This document shows positions 12,147 to 24,620 of a stretch of 64,000 bases of DNA, one piece after another. Within the stretch, counting starts at the first letter, position 1; each line of letters starts with the position of its first letter. The DNA is from Epiperipatus broadwayi. Taxonomy: Eukaryota > Animalia > Onychophora. Where the stretch lies: the NCBI GenBank assembly GCA_028023455.1, contig JAQFVV010000007.1:8060001-8124000 (forward strand), given 5' to 3'. The notes below the pieces were generated by a model. That model saw nothing but the letters and a program-made list of their open reading frames with translations. It had not been told where the DNA came from and did no database searches. A program made the translations under genes and the position numbers.

Positions 12147-12240
12147 GTCAAGCATTGATGGCCTAGTGGTTAGCGTAGCTACTTTCCAAGCAGCTGGCCC
12201 AGGTTCGCTTCTCGGTCAACACTTTGACATATAAAAAAAA
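12147..12240 (+). mobile_element. tRNA-Gly(TCC)-derived short retroposon / tRNA pseudogene
   Basis: gcattgatggcctagtggttagcgtagctactttccaagcagctggcccaggttcgcttctcggtcaac aligns to animal tRNA-Gly-TCC (anticodon TCC, A and B boxes) with stem mismatches, followed by tttgacatat and an A tail. Confidence 0.8.
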
Positions 12241-12436
12241 TCAGTTTAGAATTATGCGTTTAATCTCAGATCACAAAAATTTTGAAAATTAAAATTTAAA
12301 ATAATTAGCTTTTTCATGTTACAACAAAATACAGACAGACTTTTAATACTCATTTTTCTCACTTAATTTTTTTATAGTTCTTTAATCCCTTTATATACAA
12401 AAATATTTTCAAAATACACCTTTAATCTACTTAGAC

Positions 12437-13000
12437 TAGGGGTTGAGAACGTTTTTATGCCAAGGACCATTTATACATTTATAATCTCATTCACATCCAA
12501 ACAAATTAAATATTTAAAAATTAGTCTACTATTTGATAAAAAAATTTAATTAATTTATATCTAATCATTAAGAGTGGGCAACCTTTTCAAATGACCCGTC
12601 AGTTTCAAGTTTTCCCATGTAAACAAGGCCATATTTTTTTTGTGAATGAAAAATAAAATAATATCATTATTATTAATCGCTGTTCCACATTTAATGACAA
12701 TTTTCATGACATAAATTCTCTAATTTCTTTTTCAAGTTTTGAACACATTAATTCTACAGCAGCTAGAATGCGGTCTTTTATAAACTTTCCTTCAGAATAT
12801 GGTTGTTTTTGTTTTTTTAAAAATAACTTGTTCTCACAGAATGCTTTGTTCCATTATTTTTCAAATGTGTGATTTTTTGTGAAAATCTTACTCAGATCTT
12901 AATTTTAAAAAATTAAATGCAAAGTAACAGTAAGAAAATGAAGCAAATTTGAATTTTATTTTTGCTAGTTTTATGTTCATCTGCAGAATAACTATAAAAA
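12437..13000 (-). mobile_element. hAT (Charlie/SPIN-group) transposon remnant
   Basis: End sequence ctaggggttgagaacgtttttatgccaaggacc is hAT-like. Minus translation ...KPYSEGKFIKDRILAAVELMCSKLEKEI... matches the N-terminal region of GTF2IRD2/EPM2AIP1-type transposases. Confidence 0.6.
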
Positions 13001-14311
13001 CAAACAAAATGCTCTTAGCATGGTAAATTAAATCCATCATTAGAGAGACCACACAATATAGATAATTTGTTGAAATGTGGTATGTCTAATAGAATGAAGT
13101 ATAATTTTTTTTAAAGGTTTGAGAGAGAAAAGGGTGCAGTTGATAAAATATTATTTTATTTTACTTAACTCTTAATTCCATATTTGCACTACACTGTTTA
13201 AATAGAAGTATTACACTGGGCCATTTTATGTATGTCTGTGTAAATGTCTACAAGCATGATTGAGACCGTTCAATTCCCAGTCTTGGATGTGTGTCAGAGA
13301 TTCCCACCCCTGAGTTAGACAAACAACAATTACATCTGAAAATTGTGATATGAAAATTGAATTTGTTACACTGAGATTATAAAACACTTTTTTTTTTATA
13401 AACCAAAATATATTTTAACTTAGATCAAATATATATCCATTATGTTATATTTGGTTACAGATTGTTGTGCAAGATAATAAAATGTAAAGATTTTTATGTA
13501 TACTTTGAGGCAACTATAAACACCAATCCAAATTCTCTGACTCATTGCATCTTTTCTCCACAACATATCAGAAAATCTTTACTTCACCCATTCATTTACT
13601 ATGTGACCTCTTACTAGACTTTTTACAAAAAAAATCACATGACCATCTACTATCACCTCTTTTAGCAATATACTGAGCCCAGTTTGATTTATATCATAAT
13701 TCTTTCAATAATATTTTTACTTCTCTTATCCAAGTATTTTATTTCAAATCTCACTCCATACTTCATTGAGTGGTCTGAAATCTCTGAATTCCTTCTTTTA
13801 AGTATCCAAGATTTAGATCCATAAGTAAAAACTGATAAAACCCATCTATTAAAAATTTTACTTTTCAAAAAATTGTATGAATATTTCCTTTTAATATTAA
13901 ATTATTTCTATCAAAAACATTATATCCAACTTTAATTTTATGATTAATTTAATCTGTGATGTTTCCTTCTATATTAACAATCTAACCAAGCTATTTGCAG
14001 TTGTTGACTTCTTTGAACACATCATTATCAATCTTTACATTCTCCTCTTGAGAAAATTCATTGAACACTTTAGCCTTTTTAGCATTTAATTTTAATCCTA
14101 TTTTCTTTCTGGCCATCTGATAATGCTTGCAGCATTTCCTAAAACTATGAAGCATCATATACAAAATCTAATTCCCATTTACTTTTAAATCCTTAGCATT
14201 TTATTTTGATCCATAAAATATTTCTTGTAAAACTGCTGAAATTTTTTTAGCGATATGAAAATACTTTGTTATATACTCTTATCAATGAGAACTATTTAGT
14301 TTACATGGAGG

Positions 14312-14705
14312 GAAAACTCTCCATTTGGTAGCACCACACAGTGCAAAACAAAGTAATTAATAGATGCAAGATTTATGCATAAAATCTCTATCTAGTGCCT
14401 ATTCATCCAATGTCACCAGACTAGTTTCAAGCTTGTGGCTTTCATCAGTGAGAATCCTTGAATCTGAGATCTAGAGGCAGTACTCTCAGATCCAAGGCTC
14501 CTCAATAGAGAAATTCACAAACTTGAAACTAGTCTGGAGATATTAGTTAGTAGGCACTTGATAGGAATTTTATGCAAAAATATTCCTGCATTCATTGATT
14601 ACTCTGGCTTGCACTGAGTAGTACTATCATATGAAGAGTTTTACCTAAGTGATAGCAGATTGTGTACACAGACAAATGGAGCTAGTATGATGTTTAATGA
14701 TTTAA
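14312..14705. mobile_element. H1 hairpin insertion (arms about 160 bp)
   Basis: aaaactctcc...gaatccttgaatctgaga is inverted against tctcagatccaagg...gaagagtttt; the right arm runs on to gatgtttaatgatttaa. Confidence 0.85.
14416..14453 (-). ncRNA. Minimal type I hammerhead ribozyme with intact catalytic core
   Basis: TCTCA-CTGATGA-AAGC-cacaa-GCTT-GAAAC-TA-GTC-TGG: all core nucleotides present, 4-bp stem II, palindromic ACTAGT stem III; predicted GUC cleavage between 14419 and 14418. Confidence 0.8.
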
Positions 14706-15146
14706 GTATGTAATCTAATCACTATTATTACATTTTTCTAAATATTCTTCAGAATATACTAATATATCAGATCTATATCTTGGCAATACAATCCTTTGAT
14801 CATCATAAATATGGTTATCAAATCATATACCCTTTTATAATTTACAAATTCAAAACATATTGATAACTAATATTCATTAGTTCTTTCTATAATTTTTTTG
14901 CCATACTTGGCTGTTATTCATTGTCTAAAATCATTTTAAAATCCACATTGTTCTTTTGGTTAATTGAAATCCAAAATTAACTGTAGATAAGTCATAATTA
15001 TTTTGGTAAAGATTTTGTCTAAAATTGCTAAAAGATTGATAGGTATTTAATTTCTATTATATTTCTTATCACCATTCTTAAAACCCAATATTACTATTGC
15101 ATTTTGCTAATTGGCGTGTACATCTTTACCATTTAGACATTTAGCA

Positions 15147-15302
15147 CAGAGGCTAAACTCTCCATACAGTAGCACCACCAGTGCAAGCCAGAGTAATCAG
15201 TGAATGCAAGAAGGTTTTGTGGCATTACTGTGTGAAGAGTTTAGCCTCTGTGTAAACAGCTTATGTAAGCATAAAAAATGGTAATCATGTGATGTTTAGT
15301 GG
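15147..15302. mobile_element. Short H1 insertion flanked by a 15-bp direct repeat
   Basis: tttagacatttagca occurs at 15132-15146 and 15303-15317; internal inverted repeat cagaggctaaactct / agagtttagcctctg. Confidence 0.8.
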
Positions 15303-17216
15303 TTTAGACATTTAGCATATAGCTTTGTCAATATTTTTATTTCTTTAACTGTTTCTTTTAAAATATCAGTAATAATTTTAACATTTTCTGGTGATTCTCC
15401 TTTTTTAATAGATTTAATTGCATGGTCAATTATTCATTTGAAATATTTGACAATTTTGAAGATATAATTGTATGGGATATTTTGTTTTCTTAATTTTTAT
15501 GCTCTTTATAGAACTCTTTAATATATTTCATGATGACATTTCTCTATTTAGTAATATTTCCATATTTTCTTCTTCTTATTAAAACATTTTTTTCTAAGAA
15601 GGTCTTAAGTTGCACCTCTGAAATATTTTTTTTATATATCTTTCGCTGCCACTACACGATTATATTTCCTTACATCATTATTAACTTTTTTTCATATCAT
15701 TTTACACAACTCTAGATAGTCAGTTCCTCTTAATGGATAATTTTTAAATATTTTCATATTCTTTCTTTTTTTAATATATTATCTCTCTCTCTCTGATTTT
15801 TCTTACTCCCATTCTTAACAAACCTATTCACATATATTTCCTAATTCTTTGCTTTCTACGGCTATGTCTCATCTAATTTCTTTTTCAACTCATCACATTC
15901 TCAATACACAAGTTTCTAATTCATTCTTTCAATACTTTAATATTGTACCACCTATACTTTCAATTTATTTTTTACTCTGTTTTCCTACTTTTTTAAGTTC
16001 CCTTTACTAATCATCTAAGTATCTGCCCAAACAATGTTATACTCAAAGCAAAAAATTTAATAATTATATATATATAAGCAAACACTACAACAGGAATAAA
16101 AAATAAAATGACCTTAAAAAGACAAGTATATTTTCAAGATATTATTGTTATAATTTTAGTTATCAAAAGTATGTTTGTTTGTTTTTTTTTGAAATTAATT
16201 TTATTTTTTTATTCTCTATTACATACTTTTATATTATTTATAATAATGGTGGAGGTTCAATCTATTATATATGATGGCAATTGTTTATCAGTAAAATAAA
16301 CAAATTGAAATGAAAAGAAACTCAACAAAATGCAACAATATTAAATTTAAAACAATTTACAAATTCTGCCAAACATGGGTTCATTTACAGAAACGAATAG
16401 GCCTACTCAAGTGAAATTCTAAACTCAAACACACACATATATATATATACACATACAGTAATCAACATTTTAATGATAAATTTCATTTACCTCTAATTTA
16501 ATGAGAACCTCCTTTTATTATCAAAGATAAGTAAAATTTATTCACGAATTGTAGATAGTTTTGTATTATAACACAAATATTCTTTACTTTAGGTTTTCAC
16601 TTGAGAAAGACCAGGCAAAATCTCAGTTATGAGAATTATAAAATTGTTTTAAATTTAATATTGCTAATATATTATTGCTATTTCATTTTAATATATATAT
16701 ATAAGATTAGATTTCAATACTAAATTATATATGCCTAAATTATAAATTGCCCATGGTCTCTTGAAATCATAATATTGATGCATAAATTGGAAAACTTCTA
16801 AAAACTTATATCACACATAATACTATAGAATTGTTTATTTAATATAAAACCATACATTATACTTATCATTCACTGAAATACAACAAATGAAACTCTATAT
16901 TTAAAAAATTTAAGCAAATACCAACAAAAACAGATTCTGAAAAAAATTATTAATTTAATTTCCACTAATCTCTGACCATTTACTTTAATGTCATTTAAAT
17001 ATATATTGAATTATACTAATAAACACAATAATAATCTTAAATTAGACCAGTTTGCAAAATGAGCATACATACCACATATTTTCATGTTTATATATTTCTC
17101 AGCACAAAAATTATATCACCAAAAAGAATAGTGCACATACAAACCTCACTGTACTAGAAAAGTAAAATATTAGCCTATTAGTAAATTTCTGAAGCAGTAT
17201 GTTACTTGACAAATGA

Positions 17217-17217
<1 letters not shown>

Positions 17218-17293
<76 letters not shown>
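17218..17293. repeat. (TA)n microsatellite
   Basis: Pure TA run. Confidence 0.95.
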
Positions 17294-17297
<4 letters not shown>

Positions 17298-19679
17298 GAC
17301 CATCTGAATGGGCACAAGAAACCAACTTTAACTAAATTATATTATATCAAAGGGGAATAACTGTGTTTAACTAAAAAAATTGAAATATTGCTAAAATTTA
17401 AAAATTTTTTTGGTTAATGGTATAAAAACCTTATGTGAAATGTGCTTATGGATATTAGTTGAGAATCTTATAAGCATTTAGTAATTATTATTGTATTTGA
17501 TGAAATATTTAATGGTAGAAAGGGGGTGGATTATTACAAGAATGGTTGATATGTAAATTAAGTTAATGTAAAATTGCTTCATTTATTTGTAGAATAGTGT
17601 TTGGTATTTGTTTACATGGTTTTCTGATCTATTTGTTCATTGGCATTTCCATTCATGTGTAGATATTATAGTCAGTGAAATATGTTTAACCCATTGCCAT
17701 ATCAGTTATATTTTAGTCAGGATAATTTATTATTCATATAGCAGCATATGTGTATGCATGTATGTTTGTGTCATCTTCTCATTTCATTTTCATATTTAAT
17801 TACAGTACAAAATATTACATTTACAATAAAACATTTAAATTACAGTAAATATCTTTAAAAATTTTGCAAGTATATTTTTGAGTGATTAATGGATATCTGA
17901 ATTAATGAATCATTTGAGAAACTAAATTGTATTATCAACTACTATATTTATTAACTAATTAAAATTCACTTATTTCAAAATTGTAAAAAGTTATTTTTTC
18001 TATTTGTTTTATTAGTTTGATTTAATTTAGAAAATCAAAATGATTTTTTTTTCTCAAGAAAAGATTTCTTGAATATTTATACTTAATTAACTGAGTGCAA
18101 AGGGTGGAGTTGACCTTTGGAAGATAGGGTGACCTCTTGATTGATGGAAGAGATGTATTTAAATGATAGTAATAAAAATTAGTGGATTATTCACTATTCA
18201 TTTTTCTGGTCAATATTCAATATTCATTGTTGGGTTCATTCTGCTTTTGCCACTTCTACTCTTCCAGAAATCAAGTTGGTTTAAACTCCAAAGTGAAAAC
18301 TTTTAAACATTATTATTTTATAAAAGAAATTATGGGAATTTTAGCTACCAGATAGCTTTAAGAAAAATGTCAGGCTAAATATTTAAACAAGGTATATTTT
18401 CATCATTCTTCACTCAATTAAGCTTTAAATTAACCCTATTGTTTTTTTTTTTAAAATGTGTATTTCTATGCTGATAAATTTAATCTACTTTGTTTGTTTA
18501 TACCTATTATTATTATTAAGAAGAAAATGAAAGTGCATGAACTTTATAATCCTTTAATAAAATTGTGTGAACTTTATATCTTAAGGAAATCTATTCAGAA
18601 CTATTTAACAAAACTTACTATAGATTCGCAGCTCAAATTATATTCTGTTTATATAAAAGTCAAGTTAAAACAAGAGGATGTGTGTGTTCTTTATTATGCT
18701 ATATTTTGAATTACTATGTAATGATAACTTTTATTATTCATGCTTATAAAAAAAAATTTTTATTAAAGAAGTGAATGTGTGGCTTACAAATAATTAACTG
18801 ATTACTGATATTTATTTAATGTTTATATGACTCAAGTAGAGTGGAAGGACATTAACATTGTATATTTCTTGTTCTCCTCGATGTGTGGATTTATTATAAA
18901 AACAAAATATTATTGCTCAAGGAACTGCAGATTTTATGTGAACAATTAATTAGCAATGGACCAAAATTAATTGTGCTAACTTATAAATTATGGGGAGCTA
19001 ATGTTTTTTCATTAGGAAATCTGTTAAAGTTACTGTTGAGTTAAAAATTTCCAGAATTAATTAATGATAAATACTAAACAAATATGTAGCTGAAGTGTCT
19101 ATCTGTTCTCATAAAAGTTTATTACTTACACATCATATAAGCAAGCTCAATTAGCTATTGCTAAGAACATTGGAGATTGCTGAATTAAATTTAAATTGTA
19201 AATGTTTGCCATATAGAAATTTGTTTTTATGTTTTTACTAACCGTACTCATCTGGAATCATCTTAGTTTGGAATCATGTCATTATGTTTAAAAGAAACTT
19301 TGCAAGATACTTTTTTTTTACTTAAAGGAGAATGATTTTCTTTTTCTTTATTGCTTATTAATATGCTATAGATAGATAGAAAGATATTATTTTATTTATT
19401 TGCTTATTTTAATTTATGATATTTCCTTGACTTCAAGATCGTCTCGGACGGATAGTGTATCGCAAGTTGCAATACACTGATAAATTATTCTTATTTAAAT
19501 ATGATTTCTTATGTAAGTTATATATATATGTTTTGGGTATTTTATTGAAGAGAGGTTTTTTTTTTTAATGTCTCGAAGCGAGCATTTTGGCTTTCAGAGT
19601 AGCACAAGTATGAAAGAAATATTGCATCAGAAAAGGAATTGTGACTAATATTTCTTTAAATTCATGTATCTGAATTAAA

Positions 19680-19749
19680 TTTCCATGACCCCAACTTTTC
19701 ACTTCATGACCCCATTTAGGGTTGCAACCCACAGTTTAAGAAACACTGC
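19680..19749 (+). mobile_element. 3' terminus of a hAT/Charlie-type element
   Basis: catgaccccatttagggttgcaacccacagtttaagaaacactg matches the Charlie/MER5-like end ...GACCCACAGTTTGAGAAACACTG. Confidence 0.6.
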
Positions 19750-20768
19750 ACTAGAGTTTTAGGATCCAAGAACGGGGACCAGCTAGGTCAATTCATGTGC
19801 TCAAACTTTTTATAAGATCCTGAGCAATAAACTATTCAATTATTAATGCTTGCCACAGTCTATAATGTTCACTATATTTTTTTCAATCACAAAGTTCTCA
19901 CATTCCAAATGAAATGAGTTATTATTTAACACATATGGCAGTAAACTTAATGTGTTTCTATAATTTGAAATACGTCCAACTGTCTTCTAAGCTTATATTT
20001 TTTTTGAAACAAGATGCCATATAAAACATTATTGGCTAAGATGATATCTGTGAATTTTTATCATTTTTTTTAAACTAGCATATGACTGTTTGACGATATG
20101 AATGACATGAATATCATATTGATAAGCTAAAGCTGATTTGCACAAATTAGTTAATAGGATAATTTAGTATCTTGAATAATATACTTTTATATATGTATAT
20201 TGTATTCATAAGTATTTTTATTTTTTCTAAAATTTACTTTTTTAAAAAATAACATTCATTCTTTTCTTCTTTGTATACAATAGAAAAAATAATCAATAAA
20301 CTGTATTAAACCATCTGTTTCCCTTAGTATATTCAAAATATTTACTTTTATCCTGTTACATTTCAAATAAAAAACATTCACCTGGCCTACCAATTTTTCT
20401 GACCCAAAATATTGGAGAGAAGAATATATATATATATTTTTTGAGAATTTATATCCTCAAAACGTGATAATTAAAATAATTGCAAACAACTTTCTTTAAA
20501 GAAGAGTTAACAGATTTTAAAATTAAACTTTATTGTGTTGTAAGAATAACTTTATTAGAATCTAAATGTTAGAAATCTGAGAAAATATTAAATAAATGCG
20601 ATATTTTGCCTACAATTAAAACATAATTTTAAAAAAAAACAGACATAAAAAAAAAATTAAACTTGAAATTCATAAACCATGGCTCATTGCATTATTTCCT
20701 GTTCCCAAACTTCTTATTAACTCTGTGCACAAATCATTCGATTATTTTTATAAACTAAATTATTTTAC

Positions 20769-21337
20769 TATAAGATGTGATATGTTGGACTATTTCCATC
20801 ATTGAGGAGTGAATGTTGAATGTCTAAAAAATTTTAAACTTTCCAAATACAAACAACTTGTTAGTAATAACACACAAATAGACAATACAGGTTAGTAATT
20901 ACACAAGTTTTGAGTAGTATTATTCTCTACTCTTCTTCAGGTGTTGCTGGTCTATAAGCACAGTGACAGTATTCGCTAAGAAGTTGTTGAACTGGCACCT
21001 TTAGATTCTTGAATATTGAATTAAAAGCAAACTCTCTACCTTCTGAGCTATTCTGTCAGTTGGTAGAGGTTTGCCTTAAAATTCGATATTCAAGAATCTA
21101 AAGGTGCGAGTTCAACTTCTAAGCGAATATTGTCACTGTGTATAGAGACAAGCAACACCTGAAAAAGAATGGGGAATAATATTACTCGATTGTGTAATTA
21201 CTAACCTGTATTGTCTATTCGTGTGTTATTACTAACAAATTGTTTGTATTTGGAAATTAGAATAAAGTTTAAAATTTTATAGACATTCAACATTCACTCA
21301 TAAATAATGGAAATAATGCAACATATCACATCTTATA
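20769..21337. mobile_element. 570-bp palindrome made of two head-to-head tRNA-headed SINE-like copies
   Basis: Arms of about 280 bp are highly similar. The centre has TAGCTCAGAAGGTAGAG on minus and TCAGTTGGTAGAG...GAGTTCAAC on plus (A/B-box-like). Confidence 0.8.
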
Positions 21338-22169
21338 ATATAGCATCATTACAAACTTTCAGACAAATACTAAATTATTTTACTATTTTTCCAGAAATAT
21401 TGCTTTAAAAAATCTTCAAAATATTTAAAAGAATCACTGTTTTAAGACACAACCTATCTTGGGTTTATAAAATTGAATTAAATTTAACTTTTCATAATTT
21501 ATTAATTTTCAAGATTAAATTCTTACAATTTGATGCACAAGCATCAAACTTTCTACATTCACAATTTTGACACCATCCACACACATAAATATATTAATGA
21601 TTATTACTAATTATTTCTTAAGTTAGAGATTATCATATTATATTTCTAGCCCATATATAAATTTTAAACCCAGTTAAAGATTGATATATTGATTAATAGG
21701 AATCATTAAATTTACTTGTCTGAATTGAATAGTGTCAAAGTTATGAGCAAAATGTTTGCACCTGTAAAAAATTGTAATAAGGTGATATTGATAATTACTG
21801 AATAAATGATGAAGATATGTGTAATAGGTAATGACTTGACCAAATGAATAGTACCAGTTCAACATGAATGAATTTTTGGGAACCAAATGTTTTATTTATA
21901 TGTTCAAGAATATGCAGAGAAGTGGAAATTTTAATTGCATCTAAAAACAATATATTACCTGAAATTTAAAATAACAAAAACAAATAATTAAAAAAAAAGG
22001 TAGAATAAAAATATTTTTTCAACTTAATGTTTTTATGTTAGTTTAAAATTTCAAACTTGAGACAACTTTTAAAATTCAAGCAGGTTTATTATATCGCAAA
22101 AATTTTTAATTAAAATTTAAAAAAGATTAAATACAGAATACTTTTTCATTTATTGTTATCCAATAATAA

Positions 22170-22620
22170 ATAGACTTTATTGTTAAAAGAACGTTGCCTT
22201 GACAACAGTTTGAAATTGTTCATTGTTATTTATGTTGGAATTGTCTAAGTGTTGACAGATTTTAGTGATATATATATAATCCCATTTAGCTTTGAACATT
22301 ACTACACTTACTATTTAAGAAATACATTGATTGCAATTTGAAAATTATAATTGCAGTTGGAATGTTATGATTGACTATTTATTAGTCTGCATTCAGGACT
22401 GGTTATGTTTAGCTGTTTAAAGAAGTTTATTTAATCTTCTTTGTATCAATAATTTCAATCTCTGTAGTCAAGTTGCAATCTTTAGTGTCTGTATAAATAT
22501 AATGTATCATAAATAAAGGTAGGATTCCACCTTCATTGTTAAAAAGAGGTTGTCATTGTTGATTGTTATTCATATTGGGATTGTCTAAGTGTTGACTGAC
22601 TTTTAATGAATAATAAATAG
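22170..22620 (+). repeat. Two fragments of repeat family H3 (also 24645-24705 minus and hairpin 50545-50790)
   Basis: Shared ttgccttgacaa...attgtt..ttgttat...ttgggattgtctaagtgttgac. Confidence 0.7.
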
Positions 22621-23148
22621 ATATATCAAAAACTAAGATTTAAAGTTGGAAATAAATCCAGCAAGGGTATTAACTAATTAGGCTTTCACCAAATTAATCT
22701 TCAGTCATGCTACTGGAATGTCTGTGCACATAATGTACATGTAAATAAAGATCATTATTTATATTTGTAAATATGCACAGATTGTTTCAATGTTTAATTA
22801 TTTTAATTTAACTACTTTAGAAAAATATACATGCATACTGAGTCAAGATTTGCAAATAAACCAAATTGTATATAAATTTATAATTTGAGTATAATTAGAA
22901 AGACATCTATCCCCATTCAATAAATGGTGTATGTTGGTGCCACTCTAAAAAAGAGTTATCAATAGAATAGTACAAAGTCTGAGAATCAACCTAATAGCAA
23001 TAAGAAAATAATAGCAGTATTAAAACTAATATTGTGTCAGAATGGTGTGCATGCTATGTGAGCATTTGAAAGAAACTTTGATAGAAATATATATGTTTGA
23101 ATTTCAATTAATGATAGAATAAATTGCCAAAGCAAAATTTCTTCTAAA

Positions 23149-23151
<3 letters not shown>

Positions 23152-23206
<55 letters not shown>
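23152..23206. repeat. (TA)n microsatellite
   Basis: Pure TA run. Confidence 0.95.
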
Positions 23207-23208
<2 letters not shown>

Positions 23209-23211
23209 ATG

Positions 23212-23566
23212 TAACAGAGATAACTTTCAGCTTTTGGTATTGCTAAGAAGCTATCAATTTCTATGAATTGACAATCCCTGAGGCCAAACAAGTTTTCTCA
23301 TTAAACCTATAGTAGTTCTTTTTCCTCATATGTCAAATACATTGACCAAGAGACAAACACAAGCCAGCTGCTTGGAAGGCAGCTATGCTAACCACTAAGC
23401 CACCAATACTTGACTAGTAGTTCTTTTATTGGAAATTTTTGTTGAAGTAAAAAAACCTCCATCAAAAGAGCTATTATAGGTTAATGGGAAAACTTGTTTA
23501 GCCTCAGGAATTCTCAATTTGTAGTAATTGATAATTTCTTAAAAATATTAAAAGTTATCTCTGTTT
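23212..23566. mobile_element. Hairpin element (arms about 110 bp) hosting a tRNA-Gly retroposon
   Basis: acagagataacttt...ctgaggccaaacaagttttctcattaaacctatagtagttcttt is inverted against aaagagctattataggttaatgggaaaacttgtttagcctcagg...aaagttatctctgt. Confidence 0.75.
23328..23414 (-). mobile_element. tRNA-Gly(TCC)-derived retroposon, second copy, with 13-bp target-site duplication
   Basis: Minus: gtcaagtattggtggcttagtggttagcatagctgccttccaagcagctggc...ggtcaatgtatttgacatat; tagtagttctttt is repeated at 23310-23322 and 23415-23427. Confidence 0.8.
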
Positions 23567-23632
23567 TTATAGCTGTAATCTCCTCATTTCTATTCTTTAT
23601 TATAATAACACTTCATGGAAATATTTAATTCA

Positions 23633-23664
<32 letters not shown>

Positions 23665-23667
<3 letters not shown>

Positions 23668-23900
23668 GGGAATTTGAACACAGACTTTCAAGATTACTTC
23701 AGTTATCCACTCTATCTCATACAATCAATACACATGACCACACACGTAAAAAAATAAATGATTTCCAATATACATATTTGATGCTGATCCAGCATTCATC
23801 AGTTGGTCCAGATCATTTCTCACACATATATGTAATCAGTGCTTGATTTATATTAATATGCCAAATCTTCAAACTTTAATGAACAGGTTTCAATCTACTT
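23665..23900 (-). mobile_element. H2 family copy with hammerhead followed by tRNA-like boxes
   Basis: Minus 23806-23765 reads CCAA-CTGATGA-ATGC-tggatca-GCAT-CAAA-TATGTA-TA-TTGG; colinear with 37270-37540. Confidence 0.65.
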
Positions 23901-24029
23901 CACCCTCCAACTCTTCAACTATCCATATCATTGAAAATCTGATGATGAAATAACCAAATCCCTTGTTAATGCCAATATTAAATCTAAACTTCAGGCATAT
24001 TAATTATACTTGTATTTAAATATTATATA

Positions 24030-24620
24030 CATAAACTTGTAATTAAATATTATTAAATGCAGTAATATATATATAAAGTACAACTTTAAAAACCTTTATC
24101 CATTTAGGAGTGTTTTCAACTAGCTTCATAATTTTTGTCAACTAACACTAATTCTTTTTAAGGTACTTTCAAACACACTTTCAAAGTCTAGCCTTCCCAC
24201 AATTTATCAATTTTTACATTTGTTGTCTGTATATTTATTAAGTCATTCTTATATGTATATATTGACATACCTTCCTTTATTTTCATTTTATTATTGTTTC
24301 TTTCAATTTGTAATGTTTTCCCATTATTATAATCAAAATATGTATATATGGTTTTAATTTTGATTATTATAACATGAAAATATTACAAATTAAAGAAAAA
24401 AAATATGATTTGATAAATAGACAGGCGGCAAATGTAAAAAATAATGAATTGTGGGAAGGCCAGCCTTTGAAAGCATGTTGGAACAAACCTTAAAAAAAAT
24501 AGTGTTAGTTAACAAAGACTACAAAGCTAGTTAAAAGCCTTCCTAGATGGATAAAAGTATTTAAAGTTGTACTTTATATATATTTATTTATTTTACTGCA
24601 ATATTTAATTATGAGATTAC
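24030..24620. mobile_element. 590-bp hairpin element with variant hammerhead-like fold
   Basis: Arms of about 290 bp are inverted (tatataaagtacaactttaaa / tttaaagttgtactttatata). Left arm on minus reads TTAG-TTGACAA-AAATTA-tgaagc-TAGTT-GAAA-ACAC-TC-CTAA. Confidence 0.7.

Larger units (their letters stand above)
13500..15900 (-). mobile_element. Decayed RTE LINE ORF2, interrupted by two H1 insertions
   Basis: Minus fragments in expected order: KSIKKGESP, IVILGFKNGDK, PKEQCGF, ILKNI..IRLH, FISLKKF, VLSVFTYGSKSW, IAKRGDSRW; homologous to 29478-30490. Confidence 0.7.

Noticed and set aside
12152-12223. Functional tRNA-Gly gene
   Set aside because: Multiple stem mismatches and an A tail; treated as a retroposed pseudogene.
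17111-17317. IYIY-repeat ORFs (also 30322-30646)
   Set aside because: Translations of (TA)n and (GA)n microsatellites.
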